DNA of 64,000 nucleotides from an uncultured Candidatus Marinamargulisbacteria bacterium (GTDB lineage Bacteria; Margulisbacteria; Riflemargulisbacteria; GWF2-35-9; DYQY01): NCBI GenBank assembly GCA_964429235.1, contig CAYSAQ010000002.1, positions 230,952 to 294,951 of the forward strand, read 5' to 3'. Shown piece by piece: positions 56,333 to 64,000 of this stretch (position 1 is its first letter; each line of letters starts with the position of its first letter). The notes under the pieces were generated by a model. It saw only the letters and a program-made list of their open reading frames with translations, ran no database searches and was not told where the DNA came from. The position numbers and the translations under genes were made by a program.

Positions 56333-56677
56333 ATGATTAATAGAGGTGAAAAGGGAGAAGAAATAGCTGAAAAGTACTTAATAAGTTTGGGCTACAATAT
56401 TCTTGAACAAAATTACCACTCATATGGCGGAGAGATAGATATTATTTGTAGCAAAGCAGATACTATTTATTTTGTAGAAGTAAAAAATTATAAAAAAGAC
56501 AGTCTTACTTCTCCTTATCAAGCCGTGAATAAAGCTAAACAAAAGAAAATCATCAAGACAGCTAAGAGATATCTAATGCAAAACAAGCTAGAGGATGTAG
56601 GCGTGCAGTTTGATGTGATTATTTTAGAATCAAATCAGGTTAAAGATCATATTGAAGGAGCTTTTTTAGCTTCTTAA
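56333..56677 (+). CDS. yraN: YraN family (UPF0102) endonuclease-like protein
   Basis: 114 aa with GEKGEEIAEKYL...GGEIDIICSK...YFVEVK typical of the YraN fold. Confidence 0.75.
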   Translation: MINRGEKGEEIAEKYLISLGYNILEQNYHSYGGEIDIICSKADTIYFVEVKNYKKDSLTSPYQAVNKAKQKKIIKTAKRYLMQNKLEDVGVQFDVIILESNQVKDHIEGAFLAS

Positions 56678-56728
56678 GAGGCATATATGCATTGACGTTT
56701 GACCAGCTAAGTAGTACGATTTTCCTAA

Positions 56729-57718
56729 ATGGAACTACTAGACAGGTTTATAGCTAAAGCCAAAGCAAAAAAAGCTAAAATCGTATTACCAGAAACAACA
56801 GATACCCGAATAATTGAGGCAACAAAAAAATTAATAGCAGCAGAAGTGGTAGAGATTGTTTTAATTGGTGAAAAATCCGACCTTGAACCACAGTTCACAG
56901 ATTCAGAAAAATCAAAAATAACTTTTTATGATGCAAGTGTTGATACAGAGAAAGTAGCACAGCTTGCAGAGATTCTTTATGAGAAAAGAAAACATAAAGG
57001 AATGACAATTGAAAAAGCTACTGAAGAAGTAACAAATAAAACTCATTATTTTGGAGCACTACTTGTAGAAGCTGGTGAAGCAGACGGAATGGTTTGTGGC
57101 GCTGTTTGTACAACTGGTGAAACAATCAGATCTATTGTCCACTGTGTAGGACTTAAAGAAGGAAGTAAGCTAATATCTAGTTTTTTTATTATGGTTACTC
57201 CTCAGCAAGAATTTGGCGAAGATGGCGTTCTTTTCTTTGCAGATTGTGCAGTTAACCCCTGCCCTAATGCCGAGCAGTTGGCAAGTATAGCTTCTGACAC
57301 GGCTATTTCTTATAAGCAATTGATGGGTAGTGAACCAATGGTTGCTATGTTGTCATTTTCTTCAAAGGGTAGCGCAAAACATGAGTTAGTCGATAAAGTG
57401 GTAGAGGCCACTACGATAGTACAAACAAATAATCCAGAATTAATGGTTGATGGAGAGTTGCAATTAGACTCAGCAATAGTATCTGCAATAGCAGCAAAAA
57501 AAGCACCGGATAGTAATGTTGCGGGCAAAGCTAATTGTTTAATATTTCCAGACCTGCAATCTGGAAATATCGGATATAAACTTACTGAAAGGTTAGCCAA
57601 AGCTGTTGCGGTTGGTCCTATTATTCAAGGTTCTAAGAAACCTATAAATGACCTAAGCAGAGGTTGTAGTTCTGATGACATCTTTTACACTACAGCAATG
57701 ACGGCTTTGCAATCATAA
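56729..57718 (+). CDS. pta: phosphate acetyltransferase (or phosphate butyryltransferase)
   Basis: 329 aa with Pta/Ptb core motifs (LLVEAGEADGMVCG; SGNIGYKL). Sits immediately upstream of ackA. Confidence 0.85.
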   Translation: MELLDRFIAKAKAKKAKIVLPETTDTRIIEATKKLIAAEVVEIVLIGEKSDLEPQFTDSEKSKITFYDASVDTEKVAQLAEILYEKRKHKGMTIEKATEEVTNKTHYFGALLVEAGEADGMVCGAVCTTGETIRSIVHCVGLKEGSKLISSFFIMVTPQQEFGEDGVLFFADCAVNPCPNAEQLASIASDTAISYKQLMGSEPMVAMLSFSSKGSAKHELVDKVVEATTIVQTNNPELMVDGELQLDSAIVSAIAAKKAPDSNVAGKANCLIFPDLQSGNIGYKLTERLAKAVAVGPIIQGSKKPINDLSRGCSSDDIFYTTAMTALQS

Positions 57719-57719
57719 T

Positions 57720-58916
57720 ATGTTAATACTAGTTCTAAACTGTGGAAGTTCTTCCGTTAAATATGCCTTATATGATTGGACAAAAAATGAGCAGCTAACA
57801 AACGGTAACCTTGAGAGAATAGGACAAGAAGGCGGCCATGCAACCCATAAGGACGCTATTGAGAGTATGTTACATTCTCTTTCTGAGGGAGAAACAAAAG
57901 TAATAGAGAGTATTCAAGATATTAAGGCAGTTGGTCATCGCGTTGTGCATGGTGGAGATAAATTCAATAAATCAGTAATGGTTACAGAAGAAGTTCTTCA
58001 GACAATAAAAGATGTTGCTCCTTTAGCACCATTGCATAATCCGCCAAATATAGTTGGAATAGAATCTGCAATGGAAGTATTGCCAGGTGTGCCTCAGATA
58101 ACAGTATTTGATACTGCTTTTCATCAAACACTTAAGCCTGAAGCATATATGTATCCTGTGCCATATGCGTGGTATAAAGAGCATGGTATAAGACGTTATG
58201 GCTTTCATGGTTCTTCGCATCTATATGTTAGTAAAAGAGCTGCAAAGTTTTTAGGTATTCCAAAAGATAAAATAAATGTAATTACTCTTCATATTGGTAA
58301 TGGAGTTAGTTTTTCAGCTATAGAAAATGGTCTTTCTGTAGATACCTCAATGGGATTTACACCGTTAGAAGGTGCAATGATGGGCACACGTTCAGGAGAT
58401 ATCGATCCAGCTATTGTTGGCTATATGTCGGAGAAGCTAGGCCTTAGTGCTGGCGAGATTGTGAGCGTTCTGAACAAGAAAAGTGGTCACCTAGGAATAA
58501 CAGGACAATACACAGATAGAAGAGATATTACAAAAGCAATGCAGGCAGGAGATGAGCGTGCAGAGCTTAGCCTTAATATGGAAATTTATAGGATCACAAA
58601 ATATATCGGTGCTTATATGGCTTTATTGCCTAGAGTTGACGCTATTGTTTTTACTGCTGGTGTTGGTGAGAATAATAAAATAATTAGAGAAAAAGCGATG
58701 GAGAGTCTTGCTAATATTGGAGTGAAGCTAGATAAAGCAAAGAATGATGTCGTTACAAGTAAATATGGTGAGGCAGTAATTTCGGCCCCTGATTCTAATG
58801 TTAAAGTGTTAGTGATACCTACAGATGAAGAAGCTGTTTTAGTAGAAGATACCGCAGCAATCCTTCAAGGCACTTACGACTTCCATTTGAATTATAATTA
58901 TAGATTCGAAGACTAA
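57720..58916 (+). CDS. ackA: acetate kinase
   Basis: 398 aa with ILVLNCGSSSVKYALYD N-terminus and conserved VGHRVVHGG, HLGNG and IVFTAGVGEN motifs. Confidence 0.93.
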   Translation: MLILVLNCGSSSVKYALYDWTKNEQLTNGNLERIGQEGGHATHKDAIESMLHSLSEGETKVIESIQDIKAVGHRVVHGGDKFNKSVMVTEEVLQTIKDVAPLAPLHNPPNIVGIESAMEVLPGVPQITVFDTAFHQTLKPEAYMYPVPYAWYKEHGIRRYGFHGSSHLYVSKRAAKFLGIPKDKINVITLHIGNGVSFSAIENGLSVDTSMGFTPLEGAMMGTRSGDIDPAIVGYMSEKLGLSAGEIVSVLNKKSGHLGITGQYTDRRDITKAMQAGDERAELSLNMEIYRITKYIGAYMALLPRVDAIVFTAGVGENNKIIREKAMESLANIGVKLDKAKNDVVTSKYGEAVISAPDSNVKVLVIPTDEEAVLVEDTAAILQGTYDFHLNYNYRFED

Positions 58917-59172
58917 ATAGCCCTCGCTCACACTTCGAGAGCCTCAGTGACCTTCGCAGCAACTTCTCAGTGACCGCTAAAATTTCCAAAATATAATCCT
59001 TTTCTCTCTTTCAAGAACCCCCTATCTAGCTTTCCCCCAGGGGAAAGAAGAAATATATTGAATTTTCAATACAAGCCTAACTTGAATCGATATGAATATT
59101 TATAAAAGTTATGAATTATCCTTCCTCTTGGGAGGAAGTCAGAAGGAGGGTTGGAAAGTCGGAAAGGGTGTT
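58917..59172. repeat. 256-bp intergenic region between convergent genes carrying several GC-rich hairpins and a short direct repeat
   Basis: Hairpins ctttcccc-ca-ggggaaag (59030-59047) and cttcctc-ttgg-gaggaag (59121-59138); 10-nt direct repeat ctcagtgacc at 58943-58952 and 58966-58975; purine-rich ggaaag/ggaggg repeats near 59140-59170. Confidence 0.45.
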
Positions 59173-60264
59173 TTATTGTTTAGCTTTTTCCAGCAGTAAA
59201 TAAACCCCAAGAGAACCAACTAAGATATTCGGTAGCCAGGCGGCAATAATTGGATGCAATGCATTAGTCATTCCTAGCCATTCACCTAGCGCCATTAGCA
59301 TATAATAAATCATAACTATTACTAAGCTAAAACCTATTCCTACAGCATTACTTTTTCTTTGTGGGTTAAGTCCTAGAGGAGCTCCCAATAGTACGAAAAT
59401 AAAGCAAGCAAAAGGGATAGATGTCTTTAGATAAAGTTCTACTTTCATTTTTAACGTATCCTGCCCTGTCTTATCTTTTTTTTCTATTTTAGTCTTTAAT
59501 TGATTGAAACTAAGTTGGTCAGAATGGCTTCTTTCTAGAACAATCTTGATATCAGTTGGACTTACTTTTAGATTGATAAGTTCTTTTTCGAAAAGGATTC
59601 TTGTAAGTGTGTCAGCTTTTTTGTTAAACATGTATAGAGTTCCGTTGCTAAACACCCATCCTTGTCCTGCAATAAAGTTTGCAGTTTTTGCAAAAATAAC
59701 TCGTTCAAGGAAACCGTTATCGTATTCGGTAACCGTTACCTCCTCCATAGTATCTTTGTACATTTTATTAGCGTTAACAGTTCGCTTAAGCTGTCCATTT
59801 TCATATTGAGGTATATTTACAGAAGTTCTAATAGTAGGACGGAATTCGTTTTTAGCTTTGGCCACAGTGTATTCAACATATAGGTTAGCTTTTGGCACTA
59901 GTGATTCATTAAAGAAAAGAGTTAATCCAGAAACCAATAATCCAAAAATTAGAGCAGGGGCAATTATTCTTATTAGGCTAACTCCTGTAGAGCGTAATGC
60001 AGTAATTTCATTATTATTTGATAGTGTGCTAAATACTTGTAGAGCAGAAAGCAATATGGCCATCGGAAAGGTATAAACCATTACCTGAGGAATTCTTGCC
60101 ATAAAGAGAGACAATGCTGTTGTAAATGGAATGCCATAGTTGCTAGCTTCTCTTATAATTAGAGGGATGATTGAAACACCAGAAAATATTAAACTGAATG
60201 CTATTACACCGAAAAGAAAGGTTTCAGCCAGTAACCCAAATATATAGGTGTCTAGGCGTTTCAT
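59173..60264 (-). CDS. LptF/LptG family LPS export permease
   Basis: 363 aa with the YjgP/YjgQ architecture of three N-terminal TM helices, a periplasmic domain and C-terminal TM helices. Adjacent to lptB. Confidence 0.8.
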   Translation of the reverse strand: MKRLDTYIFGLLAETFLFGVIAFSLIFSGVSIIPLIIREASNYGIPFTTALSLFMARIPQVMVYTFPMAILLSALQVFSTLSNNNEITALRSTGVSLIRIIAPALIFGLLVSGLTLFFNESLVPKANLYVEYTVAKAKNEFRPTIRTSVNIPQYENGQLKRTVNANKMYKDTMEEVTVTEYDNGFLERVIFAKTANFIAGQGWVFSNGTLYMFNKKADTLTRILFEKELINLKVSPTDIKIVLERSHSDQLSFNQLKTKIEKKDKTGQDTLKMKVELYLKTSIPFACFIFVLLGAPLGLNPQRKSNAVGIGFSLVIVMIYYMLMALGEWLGMTNALHPIIAAWLPNILVGSLGVYLLLEKAKQ

Positions 60265-61022
60265 TAGATTTTAAAATCTTCGCCTAAGTAGAATTTTTTT
60301 GCTACTTCGTCTTTCGCAAGGTCTTTAGATAATCCTTCAGTAAGAATCTGTCCTTCATGTAGTATGTAAGATCTGTCTGTAATCTTAAGAGTCTCACGTA
60401 CATTATGGTCTGTGATGATTACTCCAATCCCTTTTTCTTTAAGGTGTAGGATAATCTCTTGAATATCTGCGATAGCTAATGGATCGATGCCTGCAAAAGG
60501 TTCGTCTAATAGTATGAATTTTGGATTGATAGCAAGTGAGCGCATTATCTCTACTCTTCTTCTTTCGCCACCAGAGAGCACATAGGCTTTTTCTTTGCGA
60601 AGGTTTTCTATTTTCATTTCTTTTAATAATACTGTTAGTCTTTCGTCATATTGTTCTTTAGGAATTAGGTCTAAAAGCTCCCAGAGGATATATACATTTT
60701 CTTCTACAGTCAGCTTTTTAAAGATAGATGATTCTTGTGGTAAATAGCCGATGCCAAGTCTTGCTCTTTTATACATTGGTAGTTTAGATATATCTTGGTT
60801 ATCGATAAAGACTTTTCCGGCAGTAGGCTTAACAAGCCCGGTTATCATATAAAAAGTGGTTGTTTTGCCAGCTCCATTAGGCCCTAATAGTCCAACGATT
60901 TCGCCTTGTTCAACATTTATTGAGACTTTGTTTACGGCAGTTTTTTTGCCATAACGTTTGATAAGCGCTTCGGTTTTGATTTGCATACTTAAGATTGTAT
61001 TATTTTTAGTAGTATGAAGCAA
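60264..61022 (-). CDS. lptB: LPS export ABC transporter ATP-binding protein
   Basis: Walker A GPNGAGKTT, signature LSGGERRRVEI and Walker B ILLDEPFAGIDP. The true start may be the internal Met (MQIKTE, near 60986). Confidence 0.88.
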   Translation of the reverse strand: MLHTTKNNTILSMQIKTEALIKRYGKKTAVNKVSINVEQGEIVGLLGPNGAGKTTTFYMITGLVKPTAGKVFIDNQDISKLPMYKRARLGIGYLPQESSIFKKLTVEENVYILWELLDLIPKEQYDERLTVLLKEMKIENLRKEKAYVLSGGERRRVEIMRSLAINPKFILLDEPFAGIDPLAIADIQEIILHLKEKGIGVIITDHNVRETLKITDRSYILHEGQILTEGLSKDLAKDEVAKKFYLGEDFKI

Positions 61023-61749
61023 GGAGGCGAGGGATACTTCTTCTTCGGGCTTTTCTTACTCTGCTTGTCATTCCTCCTATTAGGAAGGTTTTTGGATTAG
61101 AAACTTGTTTTAGGTTTTCAAAGAATAGTTCTTTGTCAGAGCTTGTTAGATAATGATAGAGGTTTGAGAAGTATATTGAGTCAATTGCGGCACTATTTGT
61201 ATCAGCCCATTCTTTGATTGTGGAAAAAAGAGCAGGGTTAGAATAGTCATTACGAAATATAACAATTCTATCTTCTTGAAAGAGTTTTCGTATATGTTCG
61301 AATTTGGCATTGGTATTAATCCACGAATTGTCATGTTTTAGGCCATTTTTGAGATAATAGTATTGGCTGTGTTTATCTCTGAACGGATATGTTGGCTTGA
61401 GTTCCTGTATTAATCGTTCATGAAAATTTTCTTTTGTAGTATCTGATAATAATAATATTCGTTTTATGGCAAGAAAATAGCTTTGTATTTGTGAATTTCT
61501 GTCTATGATGATCGCAAGATTAGAGCTTCTAGCTGCAATAATATCAAGGTTTTGCATTCCAGAGACACCAAGATGAATCACTTGAGCGTTTGGATTTGCT
61601 TTAGCTTTTGTTAGTTTTTTGATAGTTTTTTCATAGCCTGTTTCGTTGGAATGAAAGAAGGGTGTGCTGTCGTCACCAGTTGTATTATTTTGGTAACCAA
61701 GTTCTGATAGTATAGATGTTTGTATGCTAATAATTTTGTGATAGAACAT
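61006..61749 (-). CDS. hypothetical protein
   Basis: 247-aa ORF upstream of lptB on the same strand, with no recognisable motif. Confidence 0.45.
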   Translation of the reverse strand: MFYHKIISIQTSILSELGYQNNTTGDDSTPFFHSNETGYEKTIKKLTKAKANPNAQVIHLGVSGMQNLDIIAARSSNLAIIIDRNSQIQSYFLAIKRILLLSDTTKENFHERLIQELKPTYPFRDKHSQYYYLKNGLKHDNSWINTNAKFEHIRKLFQEDRIVIFRNDYSNPALFSTIKEWADTNSAAIDSIYFSNLYHYLTSSDKELFFENLKQVSNPKTFLIGGMTSRVRKARRRSIPRLLASYY

Positions 61750-61805
61750 GCATATATATCGTGCTAGATATGCTAAATTCCCTATGAATTATGTGAAGTG
61801 ATGAA

Positions 61806-62657
61806 ATGAGATATAATGTAGCTATGGATATAGGTAAATTTTTTAATAAAACAGAGCTAATGGGAATACTTAATGTAACGCCAGATAGCTTTAGTGATGG
61901 CGGCAAATATAGCAACGTTGAACAAGCGTTAGAAGTTGCAAAGGAAATGATTGCAGATGGTGCCGCTATTATTGATATCGGCGGAGAGTCTACTCGGCCA
62001 GGAAGTAAGGCTGTGTCTGAACAAGAAGAGCTAGCAAGAGTTATCCCCGTACTAGAAGCTATAAAGAAAGAATTGCCAACGGCGATAGTGTCTATTGATA
62101 CAAACAAATCGGAAGTAGCAAGAAAAGCGTTAGAAAATGGCGCTGATATGATAAATGATGTTAGTGCAGGAACTTTTGACGAGAAAATGTTAGCCACAGT
62201 TGCAGAATTTGGCGTGCCTATTTGTTTGATGCATACCTCCGCAAAGCCAGAGGTGATGCAGAATAATACTGATTATTTAGAGGTTGTTGAGGATGTTTAT
62301 AAATTCCTAGAAGATAGAATATTAGCAGCAGAACAGGCCGGAATTGATAAGCGTAAAATAATAATAGATCCAGGCATAGGCTTTGGTAAAACAGTGGAAC
62401 AAAATCTAGAGATTATTAGAAATTTGCAGAAATTCAAAGGGCTTGGATGTCCAATACTTATGGGGACTTCTAGAAAGAGTTTCATAGGAAATATCACGGG
62501 AAAAGATGTTCAAGATAGAGAGTTTGGTACAGCGGCAACAATGGTGCATAATATTTTAAATGGAGCTGGAATTTTACGAGTACATAATGTTAAGGTATTA
62601 AAAGATGTTCTGGTAATGACAGAAGCAATGATGGGGAGAAAAAAAGATGTTACATGA
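61806..62657 (+). CDS. folP: dihydropteroate synthase
   Basis: ILNVTPDSFSDGG and IIDIGGESTRPG are DHPS signature motifs. Confidence 0.92.
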   Translation: MRYNVAMDIGKFFNKTELMGILNVTPDSFSDGGKYSNVEQALEVAKEMIADGAAIIDIGGESTRPGSKAVSEQEELARVIPVLEAIKKELPTAIVSIDTNKSEVARKALENGADMINDVSAGTFDEKMLATVAEFGVPICLMHTSAKPEVMQNNTDYLEVVEDVYKFLEDRILAAEQAGIDKRKIIIDPGIGFGKTVEQNLEIIRNLQKFKGLGCPILMGTSRKSFIGNITGKDVQDREFGTAATMVHNILNGAGILRVHNVKVLKDVLVMTEAMMGRKKDVT

Positions 62658-63123
62658 GGTTTTTATTGGGCTTGGCTCAAATTCGGGAGATAGATACGGT
62701 TATATTGATCAAGCTATTTTAGAGTTAGAAAAAGATGTTCGAGTTTCGGTTATGGGTGTTTCTAGTTTCATAGAATATCAGGCAGAAAATAAACCTGATG
62801 ATCCTGTTTTCGTTAACGGAGTACTTAAGATAATGACAGAGTTTTCACCTATAGAATTACTCGCATATACTGAAGAGATAGAACGGGTACTAGGGAGAAC
62901 TGATAAGGGTAGTTATTCACAAAGGACTATCGATTTAGATTTGTTGCTTTATGATAGTGAGATAATTTTAGAACCAGAGTTAACAATACCGCATCCGTTA
63001 ATGCATGAAAGAGATTTTGTGCTAGAGCCACTTAGTGAAGTAGCACCAGAAGCCTATCATCCAATTTTAGATGCTAATGCTGCAACACTGTACCGTGCTC
63101 TTAAAGAAGGACGCGAAATTTAA
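62647..63123 (+). CDS. folK: 2-amino-4-hydroxy-6-hydroxymethyldihydropteridine diphosphokinase
   Basis: 158 aa with VFIGLGSNSGDR N-terminus and TIDLDLLLYD motif. Overlaps folP. Confidence 0.9.
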   Translation: MLHEVFIGLGSNSGDRYGYIDQAILELEKDVRVSVMGVSSFIEYQAENKPDDPVFVNGVLKIMTEFSPIELLAYTEEIERVLGRTDKGSYSQRTIDLDLLLYDSEIILEPELTIPHPLMHERDFVLEPLSEVAPEAYHPILDANAATLYRALKEGREI

Positions 63124-63150
63124 CACCCTAATTTATGGTAGAATTACGCT

Positions 63151-63561
63151 ATGAAAAATTACGAAGCAAATACCTTAGAAGATACTAAGCAAGTAGCAAA
63201 AGCTATAGCTAAGGATATTGGGCCAGGTTCTTTTTTTGCGCTGGATGGTGATCTTGGAGCAGGTAAGACTACATTGGTTCAGCTTATATGTAATGAGCTT
63301 GGCGTAACAGAATATGTGAATAGTCCAACTTTTACGATTGTGAATGAGTATGAGACAGGTAAGATAAAGATAAATCATATAGATTTCTATCGTGTTAGAC
63401 ATGTAGATGAGCTAATGGAGATAGGAATGGACCAATATTTCAATGAAACAGAAGTTACTTTTATAGAATGGGCGAATTTGTTTGAAGAGATTCTTCCAGA
63501 AGGTATAATTAAAATTGGGATAGAAAGAACAGATGAAGGAAGAAGGATATCAGTAGGATGA
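63151..63561 (+). CDS. tsaE: tRNA threonylcarbamoyladenosine biosynthesis protein TsaE
   Basis: 136 aa with Walker A DGDLGAGKTTLVQ and the SPTFTIVNEY motif. Confidence 0.85.
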   Translation: MKNYEANTLEDTKQVAKAIAKDIGPGSFFALDGDLGAGKTTLVQLICNELGVTEYVNSPTFTIVNEYETGKIKINHIDFYRVRHVDELMEIGMDQYFNETEVTFIEWANLFEEILPEGIIKIGIERTDEGRRISVG

Positions 63562-64000
63562 TAAGTTTATCAGTATGTGCAGTAACAAGAGATTTTAGCA
63601 TTGCAGTATTAGAAGATACTGTCTTACTTGCAGAGATGAATCTTAGACGTGAAAAAATAGATGACTTGGTGCTATTAATAGAACAAGTTTTAGGGCAAGC
63701 ATCAAAATATATTGAAGATGTAGATGAGTTTGTAATAGTGAATGGTCCAGGTGCTTACGCTGGGATTCGCAACTCTCTTACAGTAATAAAAACATTGGCT
63801 TTAGTTGGTAATAAACCAGTGAAGACAATAAACTTTTTGGAATTGTTAGCTTATCAGAACAAAGAGTATCAGGGGCTGATTGTGGTAGCAATGGAGTCTC
63901 GAAAAGGTGAGCTTAATTATGGATTCTATGGTGGCGGAGAAGAATTAAACAGCATTATTGTGAGCGATACTATCAAAAAGGATGTTTTATTTGAGAAGCT
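63558..64000 (+). CDS. tsaB: tRNA threonylcarbamoyladenosine biosynthesis protein TsaB (3' end beyond the window)
   Basis: ATG at 63558 overlaps the tsaE stop. Translation MISLSVCAVTRDFSIAVLED...FVIVNGPGAYAGIRNSLTVIKTLAL matches the YeaZ/TsaB N-terminus. The ORF is still open at the window end. Confidence 0.75.
   Translation, partial: MISLSVCAVTRDFSIAVLEDTVLLAEMNLRREKIDDLVLLIEQVLGQASKYIEDVDEFVIVNGPGAYAGIRNSLTVIKTLALVGNKPVKTINFLELLAYQNKEYQGLIVVAMESRKGELNYGFYGGGEELNSIIVSDTIKKDVLFEK

Noticed and set aside
61727-62497. Minus-strand ORFs (61727-62197, 62297-62497) antisense to folP
   Set aside because: Shadow ORFs within a well-supported dihydropteroate synthase gene.
1-64000. CRISPR array, rRNA or tRNA genes
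   Set aside because: I found no regularly spaced direct repeats of 25-40 nt and no rRNA-like or tRNA-like segments. Intergenic regions are short, apart from those listed as hairpin-bearing.

Overview
AT-rich (roughly one-third GC by eye) bacterial chromosomal segment with dense, Shine-Dalgarno-led genes; the organism looks diderm (LptB and LptF/G, a TolC-like protein, an RND pump) with Firmicutes-like synteny, but I cannot assign a taxon from sequence alone. I call about 65 CDS and found no rRNA, tRNA or CRISPR array. Housekeeping blocks: tautomerase-polA; pyrH-frr-uppS-cdsA-dxr-dprA; pth; a long plus-strand run trmH / yceD-rpmF-plsX-fabH-[acd-etfB-etfA]-fabD-fabG-acpP-fabK-fabF-rnhB-yraN-pta-ackA; then lptFG-lptB, folP-folK, tsaE-tsaB. 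The window opens with a partial squalene/phytoene synthase and a CrtI/CrtN-type desaturase. Accessory-looking stretches are 11.6-15.6 kb (an orphan protein, then a four-gene minus-strand operon around a spore-photoproduct-lyase-family radical SAM enzyme) and 17.8-32.5 kb (OMP and lipoprotein pair, NYN protein, a 540-aa protein with agmatine-deiminase/PAD-like motifs, a B12-binding radical SAM gene translationally coupled to a small Kdo/RIO-like kinase, and two adjacent peptidoglycan-hydrolase-like proteins). The strongest candidates for something undescribed are the radical SAM plus kinase pair and the three neighbouring proteins with enzyme-like C-terminal domains, S/T/P-rich N-terminal extensions and no Sec signal. 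Other notable points: an Mfd homolog of only 691 aa, acd-etfBA inserted inside the FAS II operon, and a family of GC-rich pyrimidine/purine-arm hairpins in intergenic regions. All functional calls come from reading motifs in the supplied translations; no database search was run.
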